Part shown: in pieces, positions 28,301-41,330 of the stretch
How the letters are laid out: every line of letters begins with the position of its first letter
Position numbering within the stretch: position 1 is the stretch's first letter
Source of the DNA: the human T2T-CHM13v2.0 reference genome, Homo sapiens
Assembly (NCBI RefSeq): GCF_009914755.1
Contig: NC_060929.1
Length of the DNA: 64,000 bases
Strand: one strand, 5' to 3'
The notes under the pieces: model-generated
The model's input: the letters and a program-made list of their open reading frames with translations, nothing else
What the model was told of the DNA's origin: nothing
The model's database searches: none
Made by a program: the position numbers and the translations under genes

Positions 28301-31300
28301 AACAATGCATCCTTTAACAACCAATTGGTCAAACAAGAAATCAAAAGGGAATTTTAAAAAATTATCTTGAGACAAAAAAGATGAGATGAAAACACAACAT
28401 TCCAAAACGTATGAAATGCAGCAAAAGCAGTACCGAGAGATTTACAGTAATAAATGCCTATATTAAAAAAGATAAAAACCTTAACCTAATTCTATACCTC
28501 AAGGAATTAGAAAAAGAATGGCAATCTAAGACAAAATTTAGTAGAATTAAGGAAATCATAAAGATTAGAGCAGAAATAAATAAAATAGAGAATAGAAACA
28601 GCAATAGAAAAAATCAACAACCCTAGGAATTTTTTGAAAAGATAAACATAAGTGACATTTAGCTAAAGAAAGAAAGAGAGAACACTCAAATAAACAAAAT
28701 CAAAATTGAAAGAGAAGACATTACAACTAATTCCACATAAAGGATTATAAGATGCTACTATAAACAATTATATACCAAAAAAATGGGATAAACCAGAGGA
28801 AATGAATAAATTCTTAGAAACATACAACCTGTTGAGACTGAATCATGAGGAAATAGAAAATGTGAACAACCCTATAATAGTAAGGAGATTGATTCAGTTG
28901 CTAAAATCTCTCAACAAAGAAAAGCCCAGAACCAGATGGTTTAAAGGTGAATTCTATTAGAATTAATGCCAATTCTTCTCACACTCTTCCAAAAAAACTG
29001 AAGAGAAGTGTACACTTCCAAATTCATTCTGTGAGATCAGCATTACACTGATACCAAAGGCAGACAAAGACACTACAAGGAGAGAACACTATAGACCAAT
29101 ATCCCTAATAAACATAAATGAATAAATCCTCAATAAAATACTAGCAAACCGAGTTCAACAGCACATTAGAAGAATCATACACCACGATTAAGTGGGATTT
29201 ATCCATTGGAGGTAAAGATGATTCAACATATAAAAATCAATTAATGTGATATACCATGTAAACAGAATGAAGGATAAAAATAACATGATCATATCAATAG
29301 ATGCAGGAGAAGCATTTGATAAAATTCAACATCTTTTCATGATAAAAAACGCTCAACAAATTAGATATAAGAGAAATATACCTTGACACAATAAAAGCCA
29401 CATATGACAAGCCCATAGTCATACTCAATAGTGAAAGTTTAAGGCTTTCCCTCTAAGACCAGGAAGAAGGCAAGGATGGCCATTCTTACTGCTTGTATTT
29501 AACATAATACTATACACCCTAGTGAGAGCAGTTAGGTTAGAAAAAACAAAAAAGAAAGAAAATGTATCTAAATAGAAAAGGAAGTAGCAAAATTATCTCT
29601 GTAGATAACATTTTATATGTAAAAAACTAGATTCCAATAAATAAATAAATTTGTTAGAATTAAGCAAATCTAGTACATTGCAGAATACAAAATCAACATT
29701 AAAAATCAGTTGTGTTTTTATACACTAAAAATGAGCAGTCTGAAAAGAAAATTAAGAAAACAATCCCACTTACAATATTATCAAAAGGAACAAAATACTT
29801 TGGAATAAACTTAACAAAGGAGACAAAAGATTTCACTGAAAATTGCAAAACGTTGCAGAAAGAAATTAAAGAACACGCAAACAAATGAAAAGTCATCATA
29901 CGTTCATGGACTGGAAGACTTAATATTGCTCAAATGTTACCACTCCCCAAAGGAATCTATAGATTCAATGCAATCTTTATCAAAACCTGCTGGCCTTTCA
30001 CAGAAAGAGAAAAAATAATCCTAAATTTATACGGAACCACATAGGACTCCAAAAACCCTCATAATTTTGAGAAAGAAAAACAAAGCTGGAGGCCTCACAC
30101 CTTCTGATATGAAAACATACTACAAAGCACAGTAATCAAAACAGTATAGTTCTGGCATAAAGACCAACATATAGACCAATAAAACAGAATAGAGACCAGA
30201 AATAAAACCTCACATATACCATTAACTTATCTTTGACAAAATACTAAGAATACACAATGGGGAAAGGATAGTCTCTTTGATAAAGATGTTGGGAAACTAG
30301 ATATCCACATGAGAAATAATGATTTTGAGTCCTTATCTTATGACATATGTATGTAAATTAGTACAGCCTCTATGGGAAATAGTATGGCTATTTCTCAAAG
30401 AACTAAAAATAGAACTTCCATTTGATCCAGCAATCCCATACTGGTCATCTACCCAAATGAAAAGAATTCAATACATCAAAAAAACACCTGCACTCATATG
30501 TTTATCTCCGCACTATTCATAATAGCAAAGATATGGAATCAAACTTAGTGCCCAACAATAGATGATTGGATAAAGAAAATGTGGCATGTATACACAATAG
30601 AATACTATAATATTCAGCCACAAAAAATAATAAGGTCGCTTCTTTTGCAGCAACATGAATGGAAGTAGAGGTCACATTATCGTAAGTGAAACAAGCCAGA
30701 CACAGAAAGACAAATATTGCATGTGCTCACTCATAAGTGGATGCTAAAATACATGTACATACGAATGTAGCGAGTGGAATAATAGACAATGGATACTCAG
30801 AAGGGTGAGGGGATAAAAAGGGAGAGATAATGAGAAATTAATGGGTACAATGTATATTATTTGAGTGACAGATACCCTAAAAGCCTGACTTGACTATTAT
30901 GCAATCTATGCACATTTATCCCCTAAACATATATATTATATGCACACACACACACACACAAACACGCAACTTAAACCTAAGACCTGAAACTGTAAAACTC
31001 CTGGAAGAAAATGTAGGGGGAAAGCTTTATGAAGTTGGGTTTGGCAATGAGTTTTTGGATATGAAATCAAAGCCACAGGCACCAAAAGCAAAAATAAACA
31101 AGTGGAACTACATCTAACTAAAAAGCCTCTCTGCAGGAAAAGAAATAATCAACAGAATGAAATAGGAGAAAATACTTGCAAATCATATATATGATAAGGG
31201 GTTAATTTCCAAAAATATATAAGGAATTCCTACAACTCGATAGCAAAAACTAAATAACCTTATTAAAACTATACAAAGAACAAGTATAGACATTTCTCTA

Positions 31301-32100
31301 AAGAAGACATGAAATAGCTAAGAGGTATGAAAGAGTGCTCAAAATCACTAATCACCAGGGAAATGAAAATCAAAACCACGGTAAGATATCACCTAATACC
31401 TGTTAGGATGGTTACTATCAAAAATATATAAAATAATGTGTTAGCAAGGATGTATAGAAATTGCAATTCTTGTACACTGTTGGTGGAAGTGTAAAATTGT
31501 GCAGCCTCTATGGAGAACAGAATGGAATTACGTCGAAATTTTAAAGATAGAACTACCACATGATCCAACAGTCCCACTTTGGGGTATTTATCCAAAAGAA
31601 ATGAAATTGAGATCTTGAATCGAGATCTCTATTCTCATTGCAATAAGCTTCAGTATCGTTCACAATCAAAATGTATATCAATGGATGAATGGATTAATAA
31701 ATATGGTATATACATACAAATGTACTATTATTCAGTCATAAAAAGAAGAAAATCCTGTCATATGCTACCACATGGGTAAACCTTGAAGACATTATGCGAA
31801 CTGAAATAAACCAGTCACAAAAGGACAAATACTGCATGATTCCACTTAGATGAGGTATCTAATAGTCAAACTCACTGAAGCAGAGAGTGGAATGCTGGTT
31901 GCCAGAGGCTGGGAAAGAGGGGGAAAAGGGAAGTTTCTATTCAACAGGTATCAAGTTTTAGTCATGCAAGATGAAAAAGTTCTAGAGGTCTGCTGTGCAA
32001 TATTGTACTTACAGGTAGCAACACTGTATTATATACTTAAAATTTTAAGATAGTAAATTTCACGTTATGGATGTCATAGTTTTTACCACAATAAAAAAAA
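25331..32100 (+). mobile_element. Near-full-length old L1 (L1MA10/L1MB1-2-like 3' end), heavily decayed
   Basis: cagcaagatggcagaatagg 5' end; ORF1 remnant ~26200-27110; ORF2 remnants (NIYRTFH, YTFFSSTHGMFSKVDH, KIRAEINKIE); 3' end gatgaaaaagttctagaggtctgctgt...taccacaataaaaaaaa. Confidence 0.85.
30348..30935 (+). mobile_element. Younger L1MA (L1MA2/3-like) 3' fragment nested in the older L1
   Basis: Second ORF2-end/3'UTR (ELPFDPAIP...ccctaaaagcctgacttgac...) interrupts host ORF2, which resumes at cttaaacctaagacctgaaac. Confidence 0.75.
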
Positions 32101-33285
32101 TAAGGTGTGCTAAGAAGCCAAAGGAAGAACATGTTTCACGAAGAGAGGTGTGGCGAACCACATCAATGTTGCTGAAATGTCAAATAAGATGATAGAGAAT
32201 TAACCATTACCTTTGGCAAAATACAGATCATTGGCTACCTTGATAAGAACAATTTTAGGGAAGTGATGGGGAAATGAGATTAGTATGGACTAGGAAGAGA
32301 AAGAGATATAACAACCTGAAGGTAGGGAAGATATTTTTACAAGAATAAGAGAAATAGTTTACTGATTGAGAGGCAGGTGTGGTAACAAATTTTTTTTTGC
32401 AAGGAGCATTATTACATATATTTGTGTGCTGACTGGAATGATCCCATAGAGGTGGAGAAAACTGATGACACAGGAAAGAGAGAGTGGATAAATTCAAAAG
32501 TAAGCTTTGAACAGATTTGAGTGGATGGGATCCAGAACACAAGTGGAAAAACTTAGCTTATGTATGAGCAGGTCTAGATCTTCCTCTTATTTAAAGGAAA
32601 TCCAAAGTATAAGAAATAGATGCATTGTGGGTTCAATGGTGGGAAACTGAGGAAGATCTTGTCTGTTTGCATCAAGTTTTTAAATATAAAATCAGAGGTG
32701 AAGTAATCAGTTTAGGTGAGGTGGGAAAGAGTAATTAATAGGATAAAATTATGTGTCTGTGTGTATGTGTATGTGTGCGGTGTGTGTGATTTAACCTTTT
32801 CTTGATGGGTCAGAGCACATCAATTAACTGTTAATGTGCTTTAATACAATGGAGCCCTTTCTTTAATATAAAATAAGATGTGATGTAATCAGTACAGATG
32901 AAGTAGGAAGAAGGTGTTGATTTGAGAATCAAGAAGAGGTAAAAAATTCTCATCTTAGAGAACAAGAAATGAATTTACTAAGGAAGTGTAGTAAGTCTCT
33001 CTGCCTGTATTGAACACCCATTTAAAATTTATGGTCAGAAATTTCCAGTGAGTCCAGTCACCCAAACCGCGTAATTTCTCTCCAACAATGTTCATCCATT
33101 GAAGTTTTCTGGGATCTGAATAGTTAGAAAGTTGAGTTTAACTGAATTGGGGTTTTCCAGGTACGTAGGACAGAAAAAGTGAGACGAGAACATTAAGATC
33201 ATCTCCAAAGGTGTGAATCTCATGCTGGACCAAGAAATTTGGCTTTATCAGCAGAGAAATGAGGACATGAAAGGGTGATGAAGAC
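32101..33285 (-). mobile_element. L2 (segment 3 of split L2)
   Basis: gaagccaaaggaagaacatgtttc...caatgttgctgaaatgtcaaataagatga...gatcattggctaccttgataagaacaattt. Confidence 0.65.
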
Positions 33286-34466
33286 TAAACAAAACTTCAC
33301 ATTCTGCAGCCTTCTTCTCTAGCAGCATTCATGGCAGGAGCTTTACATCCCCTGACAACCTTTCTTTTCTTGAGAAAGGGCCAGGACGGGTCACATAGGT
33401 GTGTGTTTAGGGCTAACTTCCCTCTAAGGCAGCTATGGTTATCTTCCTCCTACTCTTCTTCCTCCTCTAAATGGCAGCATGGGTGTATAGCCTGAGACAT
33501 GCATTGAAGATAAGTCCTATCTGCCCACTAGGACTGCAAGTGCAGTCCACTTTCTCTCCACTAGCTAACAAGCCATAGGGGAGTTCCAGGAAAGCATAGC
33601 AGGAAATTAATATGACCATTTATCATAATCCACTTTGCCTCATGAAATAAAAATTTTTCAAGTGAATGAAGGAACCAAATTTTCATTTATAATGATAATT
33701 ATGGATAAATGTGACTGCTTCATAAAAATTAACTCACAGAAATAATTCTATGTAAAACATAACATTAGCTCGCATTTAAGATAGAGTGTTGTAAGAGCTG
33801 TCCACTTCCAGGATCTGTAATGAAATATAGGAACATAACAAGAGTGCATCTAACAGATCCATGGGCCATCTGTTTCAGTACCTGACCTCCGGAGGTGACT
33901 AATCCTGGCTGCTTAGCAAGAATATTTAACCATCTCCTCCTACCCCTCTGTTACTGACCTATCTTCCTGTCTTAATAGAGCATAATAAAAACATATGGTG
34001 CTGTAAAAAGCTTCTGGCAGCAAAATTCCACCTGAACCATGATTAAATTTTTCACTCACTTTTCCCTTCCTTCTGGAATATATGATATAGACAATTTTTT
34101 GGTCCCCACTCTCCTAAGATTGATTTGAACCCTATACAAACCAGAAGACATGAGAGGAGTCTATAAACTTCTTGAGGACATTAATTTCAATGACTACGTC
34201 TAGGACTTCCTTGAGTGCTCATCATGGTGGCATGTTCTCTGGTTTCCAAAAACTAATATTTTTGGGCAAGAGGCATCCTCACTGGTGGTAATAGTTAAAT
34301 TTTCCAGAAAACACAGCTTTCCCCTTTAAGCAACAGGAATTAAAATGTGTGTGTGTGTGTGTGCACTTGTGTGTGTGTGTGTGTGTGTGTGACTGATTTA
34401 ACCTTTTCTTGATGGGTCAGAGCACATCAATTAGCTACTAATGTGCTTTCATACAATGGAGCCCTT
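32787..34466 (+). repeat. 73-bp dispersed direct repeat (32787-32859 and 34394-34466), each preceded by a TG repeat
   Basis: 69/73 identical by manual alignment. Confidence 0.95.
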
Positions 34467-35587
34467 AGGGATTACTTTAGGGATATGGGATTAATTGGCT
34501 CTGTTTACATTATCCCAGCCTGCTCAGTGGGAAAAATATAGACCCTAGCTGTGTTTCCACTCTAGATTTGTCTAAAGGAATGATTACATTGCACCCACTG
34601 GAAGTTTACTTATAGGAAAAATCAAGAAGATTCCTGAAAAAGAAGTTTTTTTAAGAGGAAGTCAATACAAACACATAGGTGCAGATGCAGAGAGTGAGCT
34701 AACATTGAGCATAATGCAGAGTATAGGATAAAATTTGTCCCACATATTTTCCTCTGCCCAGCCACATAAAATCATACCTTAGTCCCCGAGCAATGGAGCA
34801 ACAACAAAATAATCAATATAAACCAGGCAAAAAGATGCCTGGTTTTGGCAGTGCCAGCACTCAGGGCTTCAGCAGTGATGGCAGAGTCAGCAATAGGAGA
34901 TGTTGGCATCAGCAGCTTCCACAATGGGTGACCAAGCTCTGGGAGCCTTTGACTCTTGTTAGACATTAACATGCTCAATGTTGGGCCTCTGCAGACACAG
35001 AATAAGCTCTGGAGGAGCTATTAGTAATACTAGTGATATTTTGGGGATAAAACTATGGAAGCACAGTTTCTCTATATGTCAAAGGAGCAAAGGTGACAAC
35101 TCTCCAAAGCTTTCCCAAAACAGGAAAGAAGGAAAATGGCAGATACCATGTTGTAGCCCAGAGGACTAGTTTATCAATCCAGCCCAAATGACTGGCTTAT
35201 AGATCATACTTAAGAATCCATCCAGATTTTTAGAACTATTTGGAAGTTCGTTAAGGAGGTATTTGGGAGGAGTTGAAGAACTGACAGTTGCTATGACTCT
35301 GATTTTACTTTTGGACTGGTAAAGTGTAGAGAACACTATGTTTTGTGTCAGTGTATCTCCATTTGTTAGTCTTCCCTCATAAATATTCCCTATTTTCATT
35401 ACTGATTTATGGCACTCAACAGTTTTCATCTTCTTTATAATTTGCTCTTTCTGTTCTCATTGGGTGGAGTTGGAATTAAATATGAGTAAATAAACTCTAA
35501 GTCAGGGTATAATAAATTTTTACACGAGTAAAGCTTATGGGCCTTAACGTATGAACATTGTGGTATCCATTTAAGCAATTGGAGAGC

Positions 35588-35623
35588 TGTGTGTGAGTGT
35601 GTGTGCATGTGTGTGTGTGTGTG
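35588..35623. repeat. Imperfect (TG)n microsatellite
   Basis: Directly visible. Confidence 0.9.
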
Positions 35624-36382
35624 AAGTTTAACTATTTTAGAACAATTATAGTATCAAACAACTGACATTCAATCTAGTGGATTATAAACTGTTATATATG
35701 CTTGTACTCCATGTAAGCTATGCTTCAAATAAATGAGATGTGACTTGCAAATACAAACAAGATAGGTCATTTTCTATTGAAAACCAATTTACTGTTTACC
35801 TTTGATGTTGATGCTTTTGATGGCTTTCTGATGCTACATTTTGCATTATTTCATGATGCCACTTTTGCTCGATAACAATATTGCAAAGTTCTAGCTTATA
35901 AATAAAATGAATCAACCTGCAACTTATAACAGAAGGAGCTGGTCCTGTGCACCACAAAGAGTGACTTAAATGGACAAAGAACCAATATAGAGATGTTTCC
36001 TAAACTGGCATTAGAGATCACTAGCATTACCAGATGAGCTGATTTTAAGTGCTATCGATGGCCAATAAGAAGCAGCAGGACTTTAAGGAAATGAGGGGAA
36101 AGGTTTTACATTTATCACAGTGACCTAATGTGAACAGTTAAGTAGCAATTAAGTCACATTTATTGCTCAAGGTACATGATGACCTGTAATGTCAGTTATC
36201 AGAAATGTCCCTAACTTGGGCAATTAGCTTTGAGTCAAATATGGTGTTCTGGCTTTAAGCCTGATTATAAAATTGGAAACATGTATAGACTGCATGGTGC
36301 AATAGAAAGGGCCTAGTAAAAAATGTATATTTAAATTTGCCTCTGACATTTACATAAAAGCCCTCTTTAGAGATACACTAAA

Positions 36383-36556
36383 GCAGTTTTCTCAAACTTT
36401 AAATGTGTATATAAATCATCTAGGGATTGTGTTAAAATGTAGATTGTAATTAAATAGATCTGATGTGTGATGTGCAGAGTCTGAGATGCAGCATTTCTAC
36501 CAAGCCCACATGTATGCTGATGATGTTGGTCCCTGAACCAACTCTGAGTCCCAAGG
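36383..36556. mobile_element. MER5A/B (hAT-Charlie)
   Basis: cagttttctcaaacttt...aatcatctagggattgtgttaaaatgtagatt...gcatttctaccaagc...ctgatgatgttggtccctgaacca. Confidence 0.75.
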
Positions 36557-38829
36557 CCTTAGAAGATTATTGTTAGAATGTGGGAAAAGCATATGTGTGC
36601 ATAGGAAGACACTTTGTGAATGGTAAAATAGCATATATAACACTTTACATTGAATAACAATAGTCGAGGATTCGATTCATCAAGAAAAGTCCTAGTAGAA
36701 CAAATTATGTTTCAGATACTGTTCAATTTTTCCTTGTTCGCAAAACCAAAAACAAAACTGAGAATTAGAGAGGCAGAACAAGAGAGATATTCATCCTAAA
36801 CAATGTTGTTGCTTTTTTACTGTCTTGAAAGATTCACTTCTGTATCACTATCCACTAATAAATGGGGTAGGAGGTGAGAACTGCTCTTGTTTTGTTCTTT
36901 AGAAATTTGCACAATTAGACCCAGTCCCAGATACATCCTAGACATTGACTCCTTCCAAGTAAAATAGAAATAGGAAATTACAAAGAGGAGGAAGATGGTT
37001 GGCTCCAGGAACACAGGCAGCAACAAAAAGGGATGACTGTTAGGGGAAGAAATTAAAAACTAGTAGGTCAGACACAAGAACAGAGACTCAGAGCTGTTTA
37101 AACACTTAGCTTCCCTTAGTGAACCTGTTGTTTTTCATTGGTGTTTGCATTTTCTAAAGGAAATGAACAAAATTCACAGGCACAATCATTGATTTATAAA
37201 GCGTTTCTGTGTTCCTTATCTAAAAAGTACAGTCAACAATTCCCTGTTGAAGAAAACATGGATTCTTTCTGAGTTTCCAGTCCCACAACATTGTGGCCAA
37301 TATTTTATTATTTCATGGTCAGTTTGCTACACTATATGAAAAAGATTTTTACATATTAGAGAATGCAAAGCAGACCCCTCCCATGGGCTAAACCCTTCCC
37401 AATCTTTTAGATTTTGGACAGAATGACTCTCTGTCACACATGCAGATTACCAGCACCTTATGTGTTCCCATGATGCATCTCTTTACAATAGTTCTGGAGC
37501 CACCATGATTACAGAGTTAGAACTCTGTTTCAGAGAAACTGAATTTTCATCAGTCTCACTTTTACCTAAATTTTATACTTTGTCTTCCTGCTTTCATCTC
37601 TGTTTATCCTCTCTCACCTGCTTATAGTGAAGGGCAGTATCATTCATAATCCAAAATGCCAGTATTCAACAAATATGCACGAATTAAAACTTAAGTTTAG
37701 GGCCATCAGAGAGAGAAGGAAATAATAAACAAGGCTGAAATTGGAGTAACTGTCAATGTGTTCTGGCTGTGTCATTTCTTTAAAAAATAAATTGAAAGTG
37801 AAATACTAATACCAATTACTAACTTAATTCCTCAGCCCAGTCAATATCATATCATGAAGCCATTTAAATGCCAAACAGCTATTGCGAGATTACTCTGAAA
37901 CCATTCAAACTGCAGAGATTTGAGAAATATTTAAAGACACCGGAACTGTGCTCTGGTGGGGAATATCACACAGTTGCACATTGTTTTTTGCTGTAACTCT
38001 GGGCAATCTGGGTCAGCTGCCCCAGTTGGGTAGCCTTATAATTAGGCAGCTCTTTATTTTCCAGCCGCTTTACCTAAGACAACCTGAAGCTTTGAGGATG
38101 ACTGAGCAGCAGTTTCCCTCAACAGAAACACTTGTGTGGTGCACCAGGAGTGGTTTTAAATGATGGAGATAATTACTTAATTTGAGCTGTAGCAACTGGC
38201 CAAGTAAACATGTAGCAGCCAGGAAGCTATTAGCATGATTTTAAGGCAATTATTCCATTAGTGTTTAATAGTCTCCAATTAGTCTTCTCTGACTATCAAA
38301 GTTTGAATATCTTTTTTTCCTCCAAAAATTCTTAGTGCTGAGTAATGCAAAAAGGTGCCAAACCTGTTTTTAAACCTGGTTTTTTATATATGTGGATCTT
38401 CCAAACAAATTTACAGAAACATGCGAGTATTCAGGAGTATAGATTTGATGAAATATGTTGGTCTATTTTTTCTCACAAGTATTGGAGTGAGAAGGGGAAG
38501 CTTTACAGGAGATCCATTTGAGTATAATACCAACAGGAGCTGGGAAAACAATATAAATTCCCATGGAAGCCCAATGTCATCATCTTTATGTCTGTACTCT
38601 AAGATCACCCAGATACCAAAATCTCTCACCTCAGGTTTTTATTTTGTCCCAGGGCAGGAAAGGAAAATTACTGTGTTCCCACTAATGCTTAGTTCCTTGT
38701 TTCTTAACCCTGGTTAGTCACAGTTGCTGCTGAATCATCCAGATACAAATCACAAAGCCTTTCCCTCCAAAATTCATAGGGTATCTTCCCAAAGGTCCAA
38801 GTAAGGGGTCAGATCCCTGAACTGATAGG

Positions 38830-38995
38830 GATAAATAGTAAGTCATTTGTCTTCACTTAGCTTCAGTTTTTTCATCTGTGACATGGAGGTAATAGTGCCA
38901 GCACTCCCTGCTTCATGGGGTTTTAGAAGGATTTTGTGAGCTGGTGTACATAACAGGGCTTTGAAAAGTGAAATATTACAGAAATGTAAGGTAGA
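38830..38995. mobile_element. MIR
   Basis: aagtcatttgtcttcacttagcttcagttttttcatctgtgacatggaggtaatagtgcc. Confidence 0.6.
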
Positions 38996-39989
38996 CTCAA
39001 AAAGATATCATACCATCTCAGAACTAGATAAACAAACATAGGCTTTTAATCCTGTAGCTCTAGAGAGTCACCTGCCAGAAGGTTTGCATCACAGTGATTG
39101 CCCTTCTTACCTTCTATGCATATAAAAACATTCAGGGGAAACCATGTGAAAGAAGCTGTCTAAAATCCAAATAAAAATGAAGGAAGAAAAGGAATGGGAA
39201 TGCCTGTGGAAGTGAGAATGGAGTTATGCCAAAGTTGTGCTTTCTACTGTCTCCTTGAAAAGAGCAATCTCCAGGCTTGCCTAGGTAGCAGAATAAGTGC
39301 TGCATGGAGAAGCTGGGGTTGGTTCTTTTCCTTGGAGATTCCTGGCCGGTAGCAAGCTATCTGTTGAAGAAGGACGAAAGGAGACAGCCCCTTCTGTGGA
39401 TAGCACTTGTAGTAGCCTGTGCCTGCCATTGCTGCCAAACATCCACTTGACTAACAACCATTGATTTGAGGGACTGATCAATGGCAGCACTCTTGGTTGG
39501 AGCATCTAGTGATTTTCAAAATAACCCTTCTTTTGTTTTTGTTTTTGTTGTTTTTTTCTTTATTATGTTTTCCTCCAACAGCTGAGAGGGGGCGCTGGAT
39601 GGGGCAGATCAAGAGGAGGTAGACCATAACGTTGAGTTTAATAGCCCAGCTCAGCTCAGGGCCAGAAGTGAACTGTTCATGAGTAATTTGCCCTCCAGCC
39701 CAGCTCTGAAAAGATCAAGTGTGTGCTCCCCCAGCCCAACTGCATAGCCAAATTGACAATAAAGTATGGCCGTGTCCCAGCTGTCATTGTTGTAAACTGT
39801 CCTGAAACGACCCTCACTCCTGGATACCTGATCTAGGGGGTTGTTAGGAGCTGCCACCCTAGAAACCTGCCCAGTCTCTGGTCCAAGTCGCACACATCAA
39901 GCTGAAGCTTCTTGATCCCTCAGGTCTCTTCCTCGCTTTGTCCACGCTTCTTTCCTTCTAGACTGTCTGGACACATTCTCAGTCACCTT

Positions 39990-41330
39990 TTCCGTACTAT
40001 TTGCCTATTAATCCCACCCCTCCGCTCAGGTCACGCAGGTTCCCCTGCCCAGCTTCTGTCCCGAGCAGTAAACATACGGTCCGCAAGGGTTTGCTTTTTT
40101 GACCTGGGCGAAGTGTGTTGCCAACACGCACTTGGACCAGACTCGAGACAGCGGCCACTCGGCCAGGTCCCCCGGGGTCCAAACCGATACGAAATGGTGC
40201 CCTCTGCCCGTCGCCCCCTTGGGCTCCTTTTCAAGGGCAGCTATCACGCCGCCTCTGGTCCCTGAACTTTCATCACTCTTCGGGAAGCGCTTTGTCTTTT
40301 TAAAGGAGATTGGGGACGAATATTAATGACTGTAGCCGAGAATCTATCAAATCCGCCCAATTCCATGCCAGGGATAGACTCAGGTCCTTGCACCGAAGGC
40401 GAGCCCCTGACACTAGCTCGCGTTCTTCACACACGGTCACCCCGCAGACCCAGAGATTTCTCCCACTTCCCCAAATCTGCAGGAGAAACCATAGGAGGGG
40501 GTCACGAGGCACCATCCTGGAGCCCAGCTTCTCCTCTGCCCCAGTCCTCCGCATACAACCTGCTTCAAAAGCCCAGGAGAAAAGCAGTCACCTTGACTCT
40601 AGCGCCTCGGTCCTTAGGGGTTTGGAAAACGCCAGGAAGCCCAAGGCTACCCGGCACGCGCTCGCCTGGCCTGAGACCCACCCTGGAAGACGAGTTTCCC
40701 TCCCGCGGGCATCGTGGCAAGTTACCACTTAGTGGCAGATAAAGCAGGGCGGGGCAGGTGGAGCGGGCGCCGAGCGCCTAGCCCGCAGCCCCTGCGCGCC
40801 TACCTGGAATGGCTAAATTGGTGAGGGGGATGCTGTGCATGCTCTCCGGCAGAGTTGCCATCCAGTCGGCTAATTTCAGCTCGTTTTTCCCCTGAGACGA
40901 GGCCATCGTGCCAGTCGGCGTGCAGCGCGCTGGTCCCAGCACTCCTCGGGCAGGCTGGCAGGCTGCTGCCGCTAATCCAATGTTTGCTCTAGCCCCGCTA
41001 GAGTTTACACTCCTCTCTGCGCCACACCCACAGGATGGCGCAGACACATGCTAATTTTAATAATTATTCAAAACACCCCGTGCTCCCTTAGTGCCTCCGC
41101 CAGACTCCGCTGGAGCTTTTGTTCCTGACGTCCGTGCTCAGCTCTCTCCGCTCTCCCCTCCCTCCCCAACCCCCTCCTCCCGTCTTATCCTTCCTAGGCG
41201 TCTCTGCCTTTCCTCGCCATTCTGCAGCTTTCCCTGGTTTCTTATTTTTCTTTTCTATTCATTTTTTTCCAACTGCTTTGCCCATGGCTTGCTCGATCCT
41301 TTGCTGTGACTTTCTCGTCCTGTTTGTATG
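39990..41330. promoter_or_regulatory. PLCXD3: CpG island / promoter of PLCXD3
   Basis: Sharp rise in GC and CpG around exon 1; GC box GGGCGGGGC at 40747-40755, CCAAT at 40977-40981, CRE-like TGACGTCC at 41126-41133. Confidence 0.88.
40804..40906 (-). CDS. PLCXD3: PI-PLC X domain-containing protein 3, first coding exon (34 codons + 1 nt)
   Basis: MASSQGKNELKLADWMATLPESMHSIPLTNLAIP(G) recognised as the PLCXD3 N-terminus (LAIPG-SHDS motif of PI-PLC X domains); strong Kozak gcACGATGG; donor CAG|GTAGGC at 40804/40803; gene continues leftwards beyond the window. Confidence 0.93.

Noticed and set aside
39912-40742. Cluster of overlapping 60-140 aa ORFs
   Set aside because: Stop-codon depletion in a CpG island; no recognisable domains
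40907-41047. 47-codon in-frame N-terminal extension of PLCXD3 in the ORF track
   Set aside because: It starts at GTG, not ATG; an open frame of this length is expected in GC-rich DNA; the ATG at 40906 has a strong Kozak context. The tail past 40804 is intron read-through
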